A DNA stretch of 64,000 nt from Thermodesulfobacteriota bacterium (lineage in GTDB: Bacteria > Desulfobacterota > Desulfobacteria > Desulfobacterales > SURF-7): the NCBI GenBank assembly GCA_049320885.1, contig JBMORA010000001.1:402622-466621 (forward strand), read 5' to 3'. The notes beneath the pieces are model-generated. The model had not been told where the DNA came from and made no database searches. It saw only the letters and a list, made by a program, of their open reading frames with translations. The position numbers were made by a program, and so were the translations under genes. This document shows positions 29,433 through 38,718 of this stretch, one piece after another; positions within the stretch are counted from its first letter, which is position 1; each line of letters starts with the position of its first letter.

Positions 29433-30376
29433 CCGCCTTCATCACCCGCGGTCTTTTCCATCCGCAGCCAGTTCCGCATGCGCTCCAGCCCTTCCGGAAA
29501 CGTCGTCCGCGGCTTCCAGCCCAGCTCCATGCCGGCACGTTCCACGGCCAGAACGCTGGACGGTACATCAAACGGTCTGGCTTCCTTGAACACCCGCTCC
29601 GCCGCGATACTCGTCACCTGTTCCACAGCCTCCAGCACATCCAGAAGGCGCATGCCGGTGCCGGAGCCGATATTGAATATCCGTTCGGCGCCGCCGTATT
29701 CCAACGCCAGAATCATCGCCTCGACCACGTCGCCGATATACACATAGTCCCGGACAACGGAACCGTCACCCCAAATCTCCACTGGTTCCCCCCGCAGGAT
29801 TTTTCCCATGAAAACCGCCACGGCGCCCTGCCGGGCCAGTGTGCGCTGTCTCTCGCCGAAGGGATTGGAGAGGCGCAGCACGATATACGGCATGCCGTGA
29901 AGCCGCTGATACAAGGCGAGGTATTTCTCTATGGCCAATTTGGTGATTCCGTACGAGCAAATCGGATTGGTGGGATGCGCCTCATCCAGCGGCAGATACT
30001 GCGGGATACCGTATACCGTGCCCCCGGAAGAAATGAAAATAATCTTTTTGATGCCCGTCTGGACGGCCAGGCTCAACATCCTGACGGTCCCCGTCAGGTT
30101 CGTTTCCACATCAAACGCCGGATCGGCATTGGAGGATTTCGGTATGGTCGTCGAGACCAGATGATAACAAACGTCACATCCCGCCAAAGCTTCACCCATG
30201 TCGGACACACTGGTGAAATCGCCCTCCATATATTCGACACCTTCCGTCCGGGGCTCCGGTTCGAGGGACTCCAGATGGGGCCGGTCGAATATCCGGACGT
30301 CGAATCCTTTTTTCAGCAACCCATCCACCAGATGCGAACCGATAAATCCTTTCCCGCCCAAGACCAGGCACTTCAT
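29423..30376 (-). CDS. NAD-dependent epimerase/dehydratase
   Basis: GGKGFIGSH, SSGGTVYG, YGITK, WGDGSVVRDY. Confidence 0.92.
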   Translation of the reverse strand: MKCLVLGGKGFIGSHLVDGLLKKGFDVRIFDRPHLESLEPEPRTEGVEYMEGDFTSVSDMGEALAGCDVCYHLVSTTIPKSSNADPAFDVETNLTGTVRMLSLAVQTGIKKIIFISSGGTVYGIPQYLPLDEAHPTNPICSYGITKLAIEKYLALYQRLHGMPYIVLRLSNPFGERQRTLARQGAVAVFMGKILRGEPVEIWGDGSVVRDYVYIGDVVEAMILALEYGGAERIFNIGSGTGMRLLDVLEAVEQVTSIAAERVFKEARPFDVPSSVLAVERAGMELGWKPRTTFPEGLERMRNWLRMEKTAGDEGGCV

Positions 30377-30421
30377 TCGCTTGTCCCTTTCACTCCGTAT
30401 CGCGCTTAGCTCCCGCGGGTT

Positions 30422-31030
30422 CTATCCCATGGCCAGCCGCATCATCCGGTGACGGAGCGCCGCCTTCAGCCGGCTGTTGAAGTTCGGCCAGAAACCGTCA
30501 TCCGGCTTGCGGCAGACCAGCAGGGAATCATGCCACTGATCGCTGCCGTCATCATATCCCTCGTCCTGCCACTGGGTGGATGTCTCCAGCGTCTCCAGCC
30601 GGGCGAAATCCGCCATGGCCCGCATCCCGTCCGGATAAAAGCGCCAGCAATCGTCCGGATAGCGATGCTCCGGACCGCCGGAGGGCGCCAGAACGCAGCA
30701 GAGGCCGCCGGGCTTCAGCACCCTCGCGATTTCGAGGATCGTCAGCCAGAAATAGCGGATATGCTCGAACGCTTGGCCGGAAACCACCACATCCGCGGAA
30801 TTGCCGCGGATCTCGCGGAAAGCATACGGATTCCGCAGAACAATGTCCACGTTTTTCCCGGGCGCCATATCGATTCCCGCGTAACGCCAGCAGGAGCCGC
30901 TGAATATCGGCCGATAGCTGCCGTTGATGTCCTGGCTTCCCAGGTCATAAATCACCAGGGGAGCGCTTTTCCGGTCCGCCAGATACCGGTCCCGGAACCG
31001 GATCATTTTGTCATAGGAACTCTGATGCAT
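30422..31030 (-). CDS. SAM-dependent methyltransferase
   Basis: DLGSQDINGSYR, SGQAFEH, RVLKPGG, HRYPDDCWRF. Confidence 0.88.
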   Translation of the reverse strand: MHQSSYDKMIRFRDRYLADRKSAPLVIYDLGSQDINGSYRPIFSGSCWRYAGIDMAPGKNVDIVLRNPYAFREIRGNSADVVVSGQAFEHIRYFWLTILEIARVLKPGGLCCVLAPSGGPEHRYPDDCWRFYPDGMRAMADFARLETLETSTQWQDEGYDDGSDQWHDSLLVCRKPDDGFWPNFNSRLKAALRHRMMRLAMG

Positions 31031-31043
31031 CCGTTTTGCTCTT

Positions 31044-31811
31044 TCAGCTTCTGCGCAGCAACCACCCGTCCGGACAATAGGTCAGGTTGCGAATGACGTA
31101 TTCCTCGCCGTAAAGCGCCGCCGGCCTTTGAATGATGAAATTCGGGTTCAGGGCCGCAAACTCCCGGGCGGCGGCGGCCGGGTTGTCCTCGCGCCAGTGG
31201 GCGGCCCCTTCCGGCGTATCGGACAGAATCCGCATCACGCCGTCGGCGGCGACGATATACGAGCCGACGGAGACCAGCCCGGCATAGGCATTCAACTCCC
31301 GCAGCACATGGGCCCTGGAATGGTCGCTGTCCAGGAAAACAAAGGTCCGCTCGCCCGGCCGGATCAGATCGCGCACCTTTCGGACGGTGTCCGGCGCCGC
31401 CGAATCCGCCTGGATCAAGGTGATGGCCTCCCCGTATGGGCTTTCAGCCACGGCTTTCCGGACGGATTCCGGAATATGGACATCAATGGAAATCACCCGG
31501 CCCTTGCCCAGCAGACGGCACAAGGAGGCGAAAAAAATCGCGCTCCCCCCCTGGTTCACCCCGGTTTCCACAATGACATCCGGCTGAATCCGGAACAGGC
31601 TTTCCTGCAGCCGGATCATGTCGTCGGGCAATTGCCAGATCGGGAAGCCTAGCCAGGACAAGGAGCGCCAGTTGGCCGCATTCCACTGCTGCTTGATCCA
31701 CAATCCGGTCATCTTTTCCAGGCCTTCCCTGGAAAACAGGTCGAGCGTTTCAACAACGCCGTCTTCTTCCACGACCATCGAGTTGGCCGCTGTATCAATA
31801 CGGATTTTCAT
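31044..31811 (-). CDS. CmcI (cephalosporin hydroxylase) family, putative sugar O-methyltransferase
   Basis: WLGFPIWQLPDD, PDVIVETGV..GGS, LDSDHS..HVLREL, NP; ATGA overlap with wzt. Confidence 0.88.
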   Translation of the reverse strand: MKIRIDTAANSMVVEEDGVVETLDLFSREGLEKMTGLWIKQQWNAANWRSLSWLGFPIWQLPDDMIRLQESLFRIQPDVIVETGVNQGGSAIFFASLCRLLGKGRVISIDVHIPESVRKAVAESPYGEAITLIQADSAAPDTVRKVRDLIRPGERTFVFLDSDHSRAHVLRELNAYAGLVSVGSYIVAADGVMRILSDTPEGAAHWREDNPAAAAREFAALNPNFIIQRPAALYGEEYVIRNLTYCPDGWLLRRS

Positions 31812-33169
31812 ACCAGATGAATCCTGATGTCGTTCATGGGCACGCCCATCAGCCCGAAACAGACGGAACTGGAATGTACCCGGAAAGCCAGGGCCTCGTG
31901 CAGCCAGTGGTGCTGGACATGCTCCTGCTGGGTGCCCTCGGCCGCCGAGGCGGCCACCGTGTAGTCCCCCACCGGCATAACCGGCATGCGAAAGGAGAAG
32001 CTGGCTTGAAATTTCAAGCCGGACGGCACGTGCAGCGGTGAATTCATATGGGCGAGATAGGTATTGTCGGCAAACAGGACCTGACCGAGCCTGTCCTGCA
32101 CCATGAATCCGACAATCGGGTGAAACAGGTCGCAGTTGGCCCGGCACTGAATGACCAGTGTCAGCATTTCCCCCCCCACCACCCATGCCAGCTGACGTCC
32201 CTCCCCGTCCTGGAGCCGGACGTCCGTCACGACAGCGCCGCCCTTGCCGAACTGGGCCTTGTCCGGTTTAAAGGCGAACAATTCGATGTCGTTCCGGTGG
32301 GGCGTCGCATTGATGAAGTCCTGCCGCATATCCCGGGGTGGTTCATCCGCTGGGGCAGCTTTGTTATCCCGCACCGCCGGAACAGCGGCGATGCTCTCTC
32401 CCTGGCGTGCCTCATAACACGCCGTCAGATATTTTGCCACGATATCTTTGGGTTCCCCCCGCCCCCGGACAACCCCCTTATCCAGCCAGAAAGCGGTCCG
32501 GCACAGGCCGGTCACGGCGCCGGTATCGTGGCTGACCAGGATGATGGTCCCCTGTTCCATGAAACGCCGCAGAAAACGCATGCACTTCTGGACAAAAAAC
32601 GCATCCCCGACCGCCAGGGCTTCATCGATGACCAGGATATCGGCGTCCACATGGGCCATCACGGCGAACGCCAGCCGGACATACATGCCGCTGGAGTAGG
32701 TTTTGACCGGCCGTTCGATGAATTCACCGATATCGGCAAAAGCCGCGATATCGTCGAAACGCGCGTCGATCTCCGTTTTCGTGAGCCCCAGCACGGCCGC
32801 GTTCATGTAGACATTTTCCCGGCCGGTGAATTCCGGGTTGAACCCGGAGCCGAGTTCCAGCAGGGCCGCCACTCTGCCGCGAGTCTCCACCGTTCCGGAA
32901 GTGGGCGACAAGGTCCCGCAGATGATCTGCAGCAGGGTCGATTTGCCGGAGCCGTTGCGGCCGATGATGCCCGTCGTTTCGCCGCGCCGGATTTCGAAAG
33001 AGACGTCCCGGAGGGCCCAGAAATCACGATAATACCGGCTTTGCTTCCACCCCGCCATGCGCTGGAGACGGGGTACGACGAACTGCTTGAGCCGGTCCCG
33101 GGGAGTATCGTATATCTGATATCCCTTGCTGAGATTTTCGATGCGGATGGCGATCTGTTCAGATAACAT
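31808..33169 (-). CDS. wzt: Glycan ABC exporter ATP-binding protein with C-terminal Wzt_C domain
   Basis: GRNGSGKST, YSSGMYVRLAF, IDEALAVGD; C-terminal extension. Confidence 0.95.
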   Translation of the reverse strand: MLSEQIAIRIENLSKGYQIYDTPRDRLKQFVVPRLQRMAGWKQSRYYRDFWALRDVSFEIRRGETTGIIGRNGSGKSTLLQIICGTLSPTSGTVETRGRVAALLELGSGFNPEFTGRENVYMNAAVLGLTKTEIDARFDDIAAFADIGEFIERPVKTYSSGMYVRLAFAVMAHVDADILVIDEALAVGDAFFVQKCMRFLRRFMEQGTIILVSHDTGAVTGLCRTAFWLDKGVVRGRGEPKDIVAKYLTACYEARQGESIAAVPAVRDNKAAPADEPPRDMRQDFINATPHRNDIELFAFKPDKAQFGKGGAVVTDVRLQDGEGRQLAWVVGGEMLTLVIQCRANCDLFHPIVGFMVQDRLGQVLFADNTYLAHMNSPLHVPSGLKFQASFSFRMPVMPVGDYTVAASAAEGTQQEHVQHHWLHEALAFRVHSSSVCFGLMGVPMNDIRIHLV

Positions 33170-34010
33170 CGGCAAACCCCTTGCGGGTTTTCTGAAACCA
33201 GGCGAAACCCAGCCAGGCAACCACCAGGGCCGCGGCGGAATAAACCAGAAGTCCTGGCCAATCCGGCAACCGTCCCCAGACCAGAACATCGCGGGACTGT
33301 TCGATGATGAACGCCAGGGGATTGGCCATCATCCAGGGACGATAGGCTTCCGGCAAGGCGGTTATGGGGAAAAAAACCGGGGAGACGAACAGCAGCACGG
33401 CGGTGACGATGCCGATGAACTGACCCACGTCACGGATATACACGCCGAGGGAGGCCAGGCCCCAGGAAACGCCGGCGGAAACCGCCACCAGGGGCAGCAG
33501 GATCAGGGGGAACAGGATGACGGTCCAGTGCAGAAAGCCATTGAACAGAAAAATGGCCATCAGCAGCACCGCCAGGCTGACCAGGCACTGGAAAAGCGCC
33601 GCGGCCACGGACACCACCGGCAGGATTTCCAGGGGGAAAACGACTTTCTTGACATAGTTCGCATTGGCCAGGATGACCCCCGGGGCCCGGTTGGCGGCTT
33701 CCGCCAGCAGGTTGTAAACAATCAGTCCGGCAAACAGCATCACGGCGAACTGGGTTCTGGTCTCCTGTTCACCCATTCCCCAGCGGGCCTTGAACACCAC
33801 CGAAAAGACGAAAGTATACACCGCCAGCATGAGCAGGGGATTGGAGAAGGACCAGGCCAGGCCGAGAATCGAGCCCCGATACCGGCCGATGACCTCGCGC
33901 CGGGTCATCTGAAAAATCAGGTCGCGGCTGGTCCACAGGCAGGCCAGCATGGCCTGGATGGATGCGGGATGGGCTCTGTGAGGATTCATGGATGTTGCCA
34001 CCGCCTTCAA
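33159..34010 (-). CDS. wzm: Glycan ABC exporter permease
   Basis: RYRGSILGLAWS..NPL, NANYVKKVVFPLE, RDV, FADVI. Alternative start at ATG 33989. Confidence 0.95.
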   Translation of the reverse strand: MKAVATSMNPHRAHPASIQAMLACLWTSRDLIFQMTRREVIGRYRGSILGLAWSFSNPLLMLAVYTFVFSVVFKARWGMGEQETRTQFAVMLFAGLIVYNLLAEAANRAPGVILANANYVKKVVFPLEILPVVSVAAALFQCLVSLAVLLMAIFLFNGFLHWTVILFPLILLPLVAVSAGVSWGLASLGVYIRDVGQFIGIVTAVLLFVSPVFFPITALPEAYRPWMMANPLAFIIEQSRDVLVWGRLPDWPGLLVYSAAALVVAWLGFAWFQKTRKGFADVI

Positions 34011-34972
34011 TCCCTTAAATTGATCGCCCCGCAGCCGGCGATGTCCATCTCCAGACCGAGCTCCCGGGCATGACGGCGGGCCAGGGTCAGGCAGGATTCC
34101 ATTTCGCCGGTGAGCTGCGGCTGGAAGGCATCCACGTCGAACACCACATGATGCACACCCAGCCTGCCGGAGCGTTCCAGAAACGTGACGATATCACTTG
34201 GAATCGTGTTTTCCGGGAGCAGAATATACTTGGTTACCAGGGTTTTGCCGTGTTCCGCGTAACCGGCCAGGTTTTCCCAGACAGCTTCATATCGATCGCT
34301 TTGTTTCAGGTGGCGATAGGTCTCCCGGCTGCCGGCATCCACCGAGCAGATAATCGTCAGATTCGGCTGGCTGGCTTCGGCCATGGTCCGGTTGAAGATG
34401 GTTGCGTTGGTGGTCAGGGTCACCCAGGGGCCGTATTCCAGCAACATCAGCAGCAGGTCCTCGAAACCCGGCATGAGGGTCGGCTCCCCCCCGCCCCAGA
34501 AGATCTCCGCCTGGCGGGAAAGAAAACCGCTCTCCATGAATTGGCGGAAGACCGGCCCCAGGTCCAGGGGATGGTGCCCGAACTGAATGTCACGGTCATC
34601 ATTCCACCAGGCCGCGGCAATGCGCTCCTTTTGCAGATAACAATAGGCGCAGCGCAGGTTGCAACGGGTGAAATGACTGAGATTGATTTTCCGCAGGGTG
34701 AATTCGGGGCTGGTTTCATCGGCCGGACGAATTGTCAGCAAGGGGCATTCCCGGCATTGTTCCGCCTTGCCGGCCGCAAGGGCTTCCCGCAGCGCGCGCT
34801 TCGCCTGCTGGAAGCGCCCCACATCAAACGGACCGCCGTCATACGGGAACAGGAGCGGCCACCCGCAGGTTTCATGATGCACTACGCAACAGGCGTGCGC
34901 CGACCGGGGGGCGAAGGCGAGCCCGCCCTCGATCCATTCACAGCTCAAGCGTTCATGCATATCGCCCCGCAT
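34007..34972 (-). CDS. Radical SAM protein with N-terminal Cys motifs
   Basis: CNLRCAYC, GGGEPTL, TTNA, SVDAG; N-terminal CEW..CC..CRECP. Start uncertain. Confidence 0.85.
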   Translation of the reverse strand: MRGDMHERLSCEWIEGGLAFAPRSAHACCVVHHETCGWPLLFPYDGGPFDVGRFQQAKRALREALAAGKAEQCRECPLLTIRPADETSPEFTLRKINLSHFTRCNLRCAYCYLQKERIAAAWWNDDRDIQFGHHPLDLGPVFRQFMESGFLSRQAEIFWGGGEPTLMPGFEDLLLMLLEYGPWVTLTTNATIFNRTMAEASQPNLTIICSVDAGSRETYRHLKQSDRYEAVWENLAGYAEHGKTLVTKYILLPENTIPSDIVTFLERSGRLGVHHVVFDVDAFQPQLTGEMESCLTLARRHARELGLEMDIAGCGAINLRD

Positions 34973-35100
34973 TTCCGTTCCCCATTCCCGGTCCCTTCCT
35001 GTCTTTTCAAACCCTTTTGTTTCTATCCACGGCAATTCTTGAGTCCGGCTATTACCAAAAAATGAGGAAAATGCAAGCTTTTCAAGCACCCCGCCGGCCG

Positions 35101-35862
35101 TCACTCCGCAGTCGGCGCGCCCTCTTTTTTCCGGGATTCATACCAGGACACCATTTTCTGGGCCTCGCTGTTTCCTTTAACAGCCGCCTCTTGATACAAT
35201 TCCAGGGCCTTGTCATGGTCCTGCCGAAACACTCCCACTCCCTGCTGGTACAGGGACGCCAGGTGCACCATGGCCTCCGCATCCCCCTGGGCCGCTGCCT
35301 TGGCATACCATTCCCCGGCCATGACCGGATCCCGCGCCAGGCCGCCCGCGCCGTTATAATACATCACCCCCAGCGCGTCCTGCCCCCGGGGGTTTCCCTG
35401 GGCCGCCGATTTCTGGAAATACCCGAGGGCCTTCTCCGGGTCGGCCTGGATACCCGGCCCGCCCAGCAGATGCACCACACCGGCGAAATATTGTCCCACC
35501 GCCGTCCCCAATTCAGCGGATTTTTCAAACAATTCAAGCGCTTTCTTATCATCCTTGGCCAGCCCGGCAAGCCCCTGGTAATACATCACGCCCAGCCGAT
35601 TCATGGCAAACGCATTGCCCTTCTCCGCAGCCAGCGCATACCATTTTCGAGCGGTTGTCAAATCCCTGGCCAGCCCCCGGTCGCCTTCCTCATAGCATCT
35701 TCCCAGCTCAAACGCAGCCGGAGCGATCCCCGCCGCCGCCATTTTCCTCAGTTGCGCCATATCCACCGGGGCGGAACCTTCCCCGGCCAGACCCGGGGGA
35801 ACGCCCACCGCCAAAAACCACATCAGGACGGACATCAGGCTCCAGAACATATTTTTTTTCAT
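35101..35862 (-). CDS. Secreted Sel1-repeat protein
   Basis: Signal peptide; repeated LGVMYYxG...A..W/YF.KAA.QG units. Confidence 0.9.
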   Translation of the reverse strand: MKKNMFWSLMSVLMWFLAVGVPPGLAGEGSAPVDMAQLRKMAAAGIAPAAFELGRCYEEGDRGLARDLTTARKWYALAAEKGNAFAMNRLGVMYYQGLAGLAKDDKKALELFEKSAELGTAVGQYFAGVVHLLGGPGIQADPEKALGYFQKSAAQGNPRGQDALGVMYYNGAGGLARDPVMAGEWYAKAAAQGDAEAMVHLASLYQQGVGVFRQDHDKALELYQEAAVKGNSEAQKMVSWYESRKKEGAPTAE

Positions 35863-35994
35863 ATGAATAGATATGGTTGCCGTATTCAGCCCCCCTTGCC
35901 GGCGCAAACATTTTCCTTGCATAAAACACTCCTTTATGTCAGATATTCGGTCTCTACACGGTTGATCAGCAATCCATACATTTTGGAGGAACCT

Positions 35995-37047
35995 ATGCGT
36001 TACCACTCGTATTGCATGTATATTACGCTTTTCTTTCTACTCTGCGGCCTTGCCCCGGCAAGGTCGAGCGCCGATGCGCAAACCGCAAAGGAATTGTTCG
36101 ATGAAGCCGGCCGCCTTGCGGAAAAAGGCAACATGGAGCAGGCGCAGCCGTTATTTGATAAAGCGATCCAGCTGGATCCGTCCATGGCCGGCTTGGCCAA
36201 TTTCCGGCTGGGAACAGCCTTTGCCCAGCAACAAAATTTCACGGAAGCTGTGAAGTATTACGAAAAAGCGCTGGAGTCAAAGAAAAACGAGCCCATTATT
36301 TATATGAACATGGCCAATGCCTATCTCGCTCTGCATCGACCCGACAGGGCCGTCGATTGCTATAAACGGATAACGGAGTTGGATCCCAAAGCGGTTTGGG
36401 CTTATCACAATCTGGGTTCCCTCTATCTGCAGATGAAAGCATATCCTTCGGCCGTAGAAGCATTCAACAAGGTCATCGAAATCGATGCCAACACGTTCCG
36501 CACCGTGTACGAACAAATTGGCTATGCCTATCAGATGATGAGAAACTTCGACCAGGCCATCCTCGCCTACCAGAAGGCGATCAAGGTGAACCCCAAATCG
36601 TTCGCGGCCCATTACAATCTGGGCAAGTGCTACTTCGACCTCCGGGAAGCGGACAATGCCATCAAGTCGTATACCACGGCCATCGAGCTGGATCCGAAAA
36701 GCGCCGAGGCCATCACCAACCTGGGGCATGCATATTACTATAAATATACCATCTCGTTCGCCCGCAGCGACCTCGATCTGGCGTCAGCCGCCTTCAATCG
36801 CGCCCTGATGATGAAAAAGGACCTGGGTCAGGCCCTGTTCGGTCTTTCCCTGGTAAACCGGGAACGGGGGGAATATCAGACGGCCCTGGATCTCGCGGAG
36901 CGGGCCAAGCAATCCGGTCTCAAAGTGAGTTCAAAATATATCGAGAATCTGCAGGCCCGTATCGAAAAGAAACCCTTGGCGGATGATCCGGCGGCAAAGC
37001 CGGCCATCCCGCCCGACACCAAGGAAGACACCACCGGCAAGAGCTGA
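35995..37047 (+). CDS. Secreted TPR-repeat protein
   Basis: GGAGGA RBS; signal peptide; multiple TPRs (AYHNLG, AHYNLG, KAIxLDP). Confidence 0.9.
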   Translation: MRYHSYCMYITLFFLLCGLAPARSSADAQTAKELFDEAGRLAEKGNMEQAQPLFDKAIQLDPSMAGLANFRLGTAFAQQQNFTEAVKYYEKALESKKNEPIIYMNMANAYLALHRPDRAVDCYKRITELDPKAVWAYHNLGSLYLQMKAYPSAVEAFNKVIEIDANTFRTVYEQIGYAYQMMRNFDQAILAYQKAIKVNPKSFAAHYNLGKCYFDLREADNAIKSYTTAIELDPKSAEAITNLGHAYYYKYTISFARSDLDLASAAFNRALMMKKDLGQALFGLSLVNRERGEYQTALDLAERAKQSGLKVSSKYIENLQARIEKKPLADDPAAKPAIPPDTKEDTTGKS

Positions 37048-37133
37048 GCCATCGCTTTGCCATCCCCGTTTGTTGGCCACGGATTCCGCCGGGCCGCGCT
37101 TTCCCGGGCTCGGCGCGCACAGCCATCCGGCGC

Positions 37134-37177
37134 TCCTTCATTCCGGCTGCGGCGCAGCGGAAAGCCGGAACGAAGGA
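37134..37177. terminator. Hairpin between convergent genes (likely bidirectional terminator)
   Basis: TCCTTCATTCCGGCT ... AGCCGGAACGAAGGA inverted repeat. Confidence 0.55.
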
Positions 37178-37183
37178 AATCCA

Positions 37184-37651
37184 TTAAAAGGGCGACCCGG
37201 ACTTGGGCGGCGCCAAATCCGCCACCCACCTCCCGTCTTCCTGAAGCCAATTTTCCTGAAGGATTGCCCCGGGTATCAGAAAACCCATCTGCTTGATATC
37301 GAACCGGACGCTCACCTTGGCCCTGGTTTTATCCTCTGAGAACGTAATCCCGGCGATTTCGAATTTCTCAATCCGTGAGCGGCATTTGGACCGGTTGTCC
37401 TCCAGGGTAACCTGCCGGCGGTAGAGAGCTGAAGCGTTTTCGTAAATGACGTCGCAATCCCCGTCCACTTTGGCCTGCCAGACCACCGCCACCCGTTCCC
37501 GCAAATCCTGTTCGGACACTTTCGGAAACAGATGCGCGCAACCGAGAAAAGCGAAAACCAGCGCCCACGCCGCGATGGCCATCCCCATCGCAGCAAATCG
37601 GGCGCCGATGCCACCAAGCCCGTGATCGGATCTCTTTTTTTCCATCGCCAC
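37184..37651 (-). CDS. Putative lipoprotein (NTF2-like small domain)
   Basis: Hydrophobic signal ending in lipobox FLGC; LRERV..W.AK and W...DG.W pattern. Confidence 0.7.
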   Translation of the reverse strand: MAMEKKRSDHGLGGIGARFAAMGMAIAAWALVFAFLGCAHLFPKVSEQDLRERVAVVWQAKVDGDCDVIYENASALYRRQVTLEDNRSKCRSRIEKFEIAGITFSEDKTRAKVSVRFDIKQMGFLIPGAILQENWLQEDGRWVADLAPPKSGSPF

Positions 37652-37662
37652 TTCCTTCGTCT

Positions 37663-38625
37663 TTACCGGTTCCCCGATGTCCTTCTTTTGGCCAGGTTGC
37701 GTTGTGTCTCGAATTCTTTTTCCAGGGCATCAAATTCCGGATCCGATGCCACGGACGGTGTCAATTCCTTTAAAAAGCTTTCCTGCCGCTCGATTTTCCC
37801 GTTCCGGTCCAGCCATATCCGGATGACCCCCACATGTTTCCCGCCCATGCTGGATTTCAGCAGAATCTTGCCATGGACCACCGCCGGCTCGAAATCATAA
37901 TAATACTGGTGTCCCACGATGATCACATCGATGCCGTCCACCTCATTCGCCAGTCGCACGCTTTCGTCCCAGCCGGCATGGGACAGCAGGACAACGAGGC
38001 CGGTTTCCTTTTTCAGGGCCGGCAGGACGGCCTTCAGGGATGAAACCATATCCCGCACTTCGATTCCATCCGCACCTGTCCGGGCCGGGTCCGTGAAACC
38101 GGCGGAAACGACCCCCACCACGCCGATCTTGACGCCGTTGACGGTTTTCGTATGGTAGGGTTTCCAGGCGTATTCCTTGCCCACAAAGGTATTCGAGCCG
38201 ATGAAACCCGGCTGAATCGAGTCCCGGAAACGCTGCAAGAAAGGCAGGCCATACCCCAGCTCACCGTCCGCGACATTCATGGCGTCATATCCCAACATCT
38301 TCAGGGCTCTTGCGGTAAACTCGGCCCTCAGTTCCGCCGGTTCTTCCTGGCTCCAGAAAAAATCCCCGGCATCCACCAGCAGGATGTCGCCGTATTCCTT
38401 CCGCAGCTCCGCAACATAGCCGGCCCGCCGGGCCAGCCCGCCAGGGGCGTTCGTTGCTCAGCCAAAGCATTTGATATGCCCCTGGCCGTCGCTGGTGTAG
38501 GCGATCACCACATCCGGCGGGGCGGCCTGTTTGCTTTCCGCGCCCTGGCCCGGGCCCACGGATCCGAGGCCCACCGCCAGAACCAGAACAACGCTCCATA
38601 ACCGACAGGAAAAGAAACACCTCAT
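37663..38625 (-). CDS. UshA-like (5'-nucleotidase N-domain) secreted selenoprotein, Sec56 in a CxxU motif
   Basis: ORFs 38458-38652 and 37663-38376 are in frame across a single TGA (38460-38458): YTSDGQGHIKCFG-U-ATNAPGGLARRA...LLVDAGD. GAGGAGAGG RBS; signal peptide; SECIS-like hairpin downstream. Confidence 0.88.
38411..38457 (-). promoter_or_regulatory. Candidate bacterial SECIS element
   Basis: Directly 3' of the UGA: outer GCAAC/GUUGC stem and inner GCUGGCCC-[GGC]-GGGCCGGC stem; the apical loop starts with G, 28 nt after the UGA. Confidence 0.72.
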
Positions 38626-38676
38626 GAATGACCTCTCCTCGTAACCTGACACTCAACCAATGAACCATATTCCATC

Positions 38677-38711
38677 ATTCGTAATTCGAAATTCCTAATT
38701 CGTAATTCCGA
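38677..38711. repeat. Tandem heptamer array (ATTCGTA consensus, 5 units)
   Basis: ATTCGTA ATTCGAA ATTCCTA ATTCGTA ATTCCGA. Confidence 0.85.
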
Positions 38712-38718
38712 TTTGCTT

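Noticed and set aside
34732..35994. N-terminal extension of the 771-aa TPR ORF
   Set aside because: It is antisense to the Sel1 gene; the real start is ATG 35995, with an RBS and signal peptide.
37663..38652. Two separate ORFs or a nonsense pseudogene
   Set aside because: A single in-frame TGA in a CxxU context with a SECIS-like hairpin and continuous motifs fits Sec recoding better.
38677..38711. CRISPR array
   Set aside because: These are 7-nt tandem units without spacers, and there are no cas genes.
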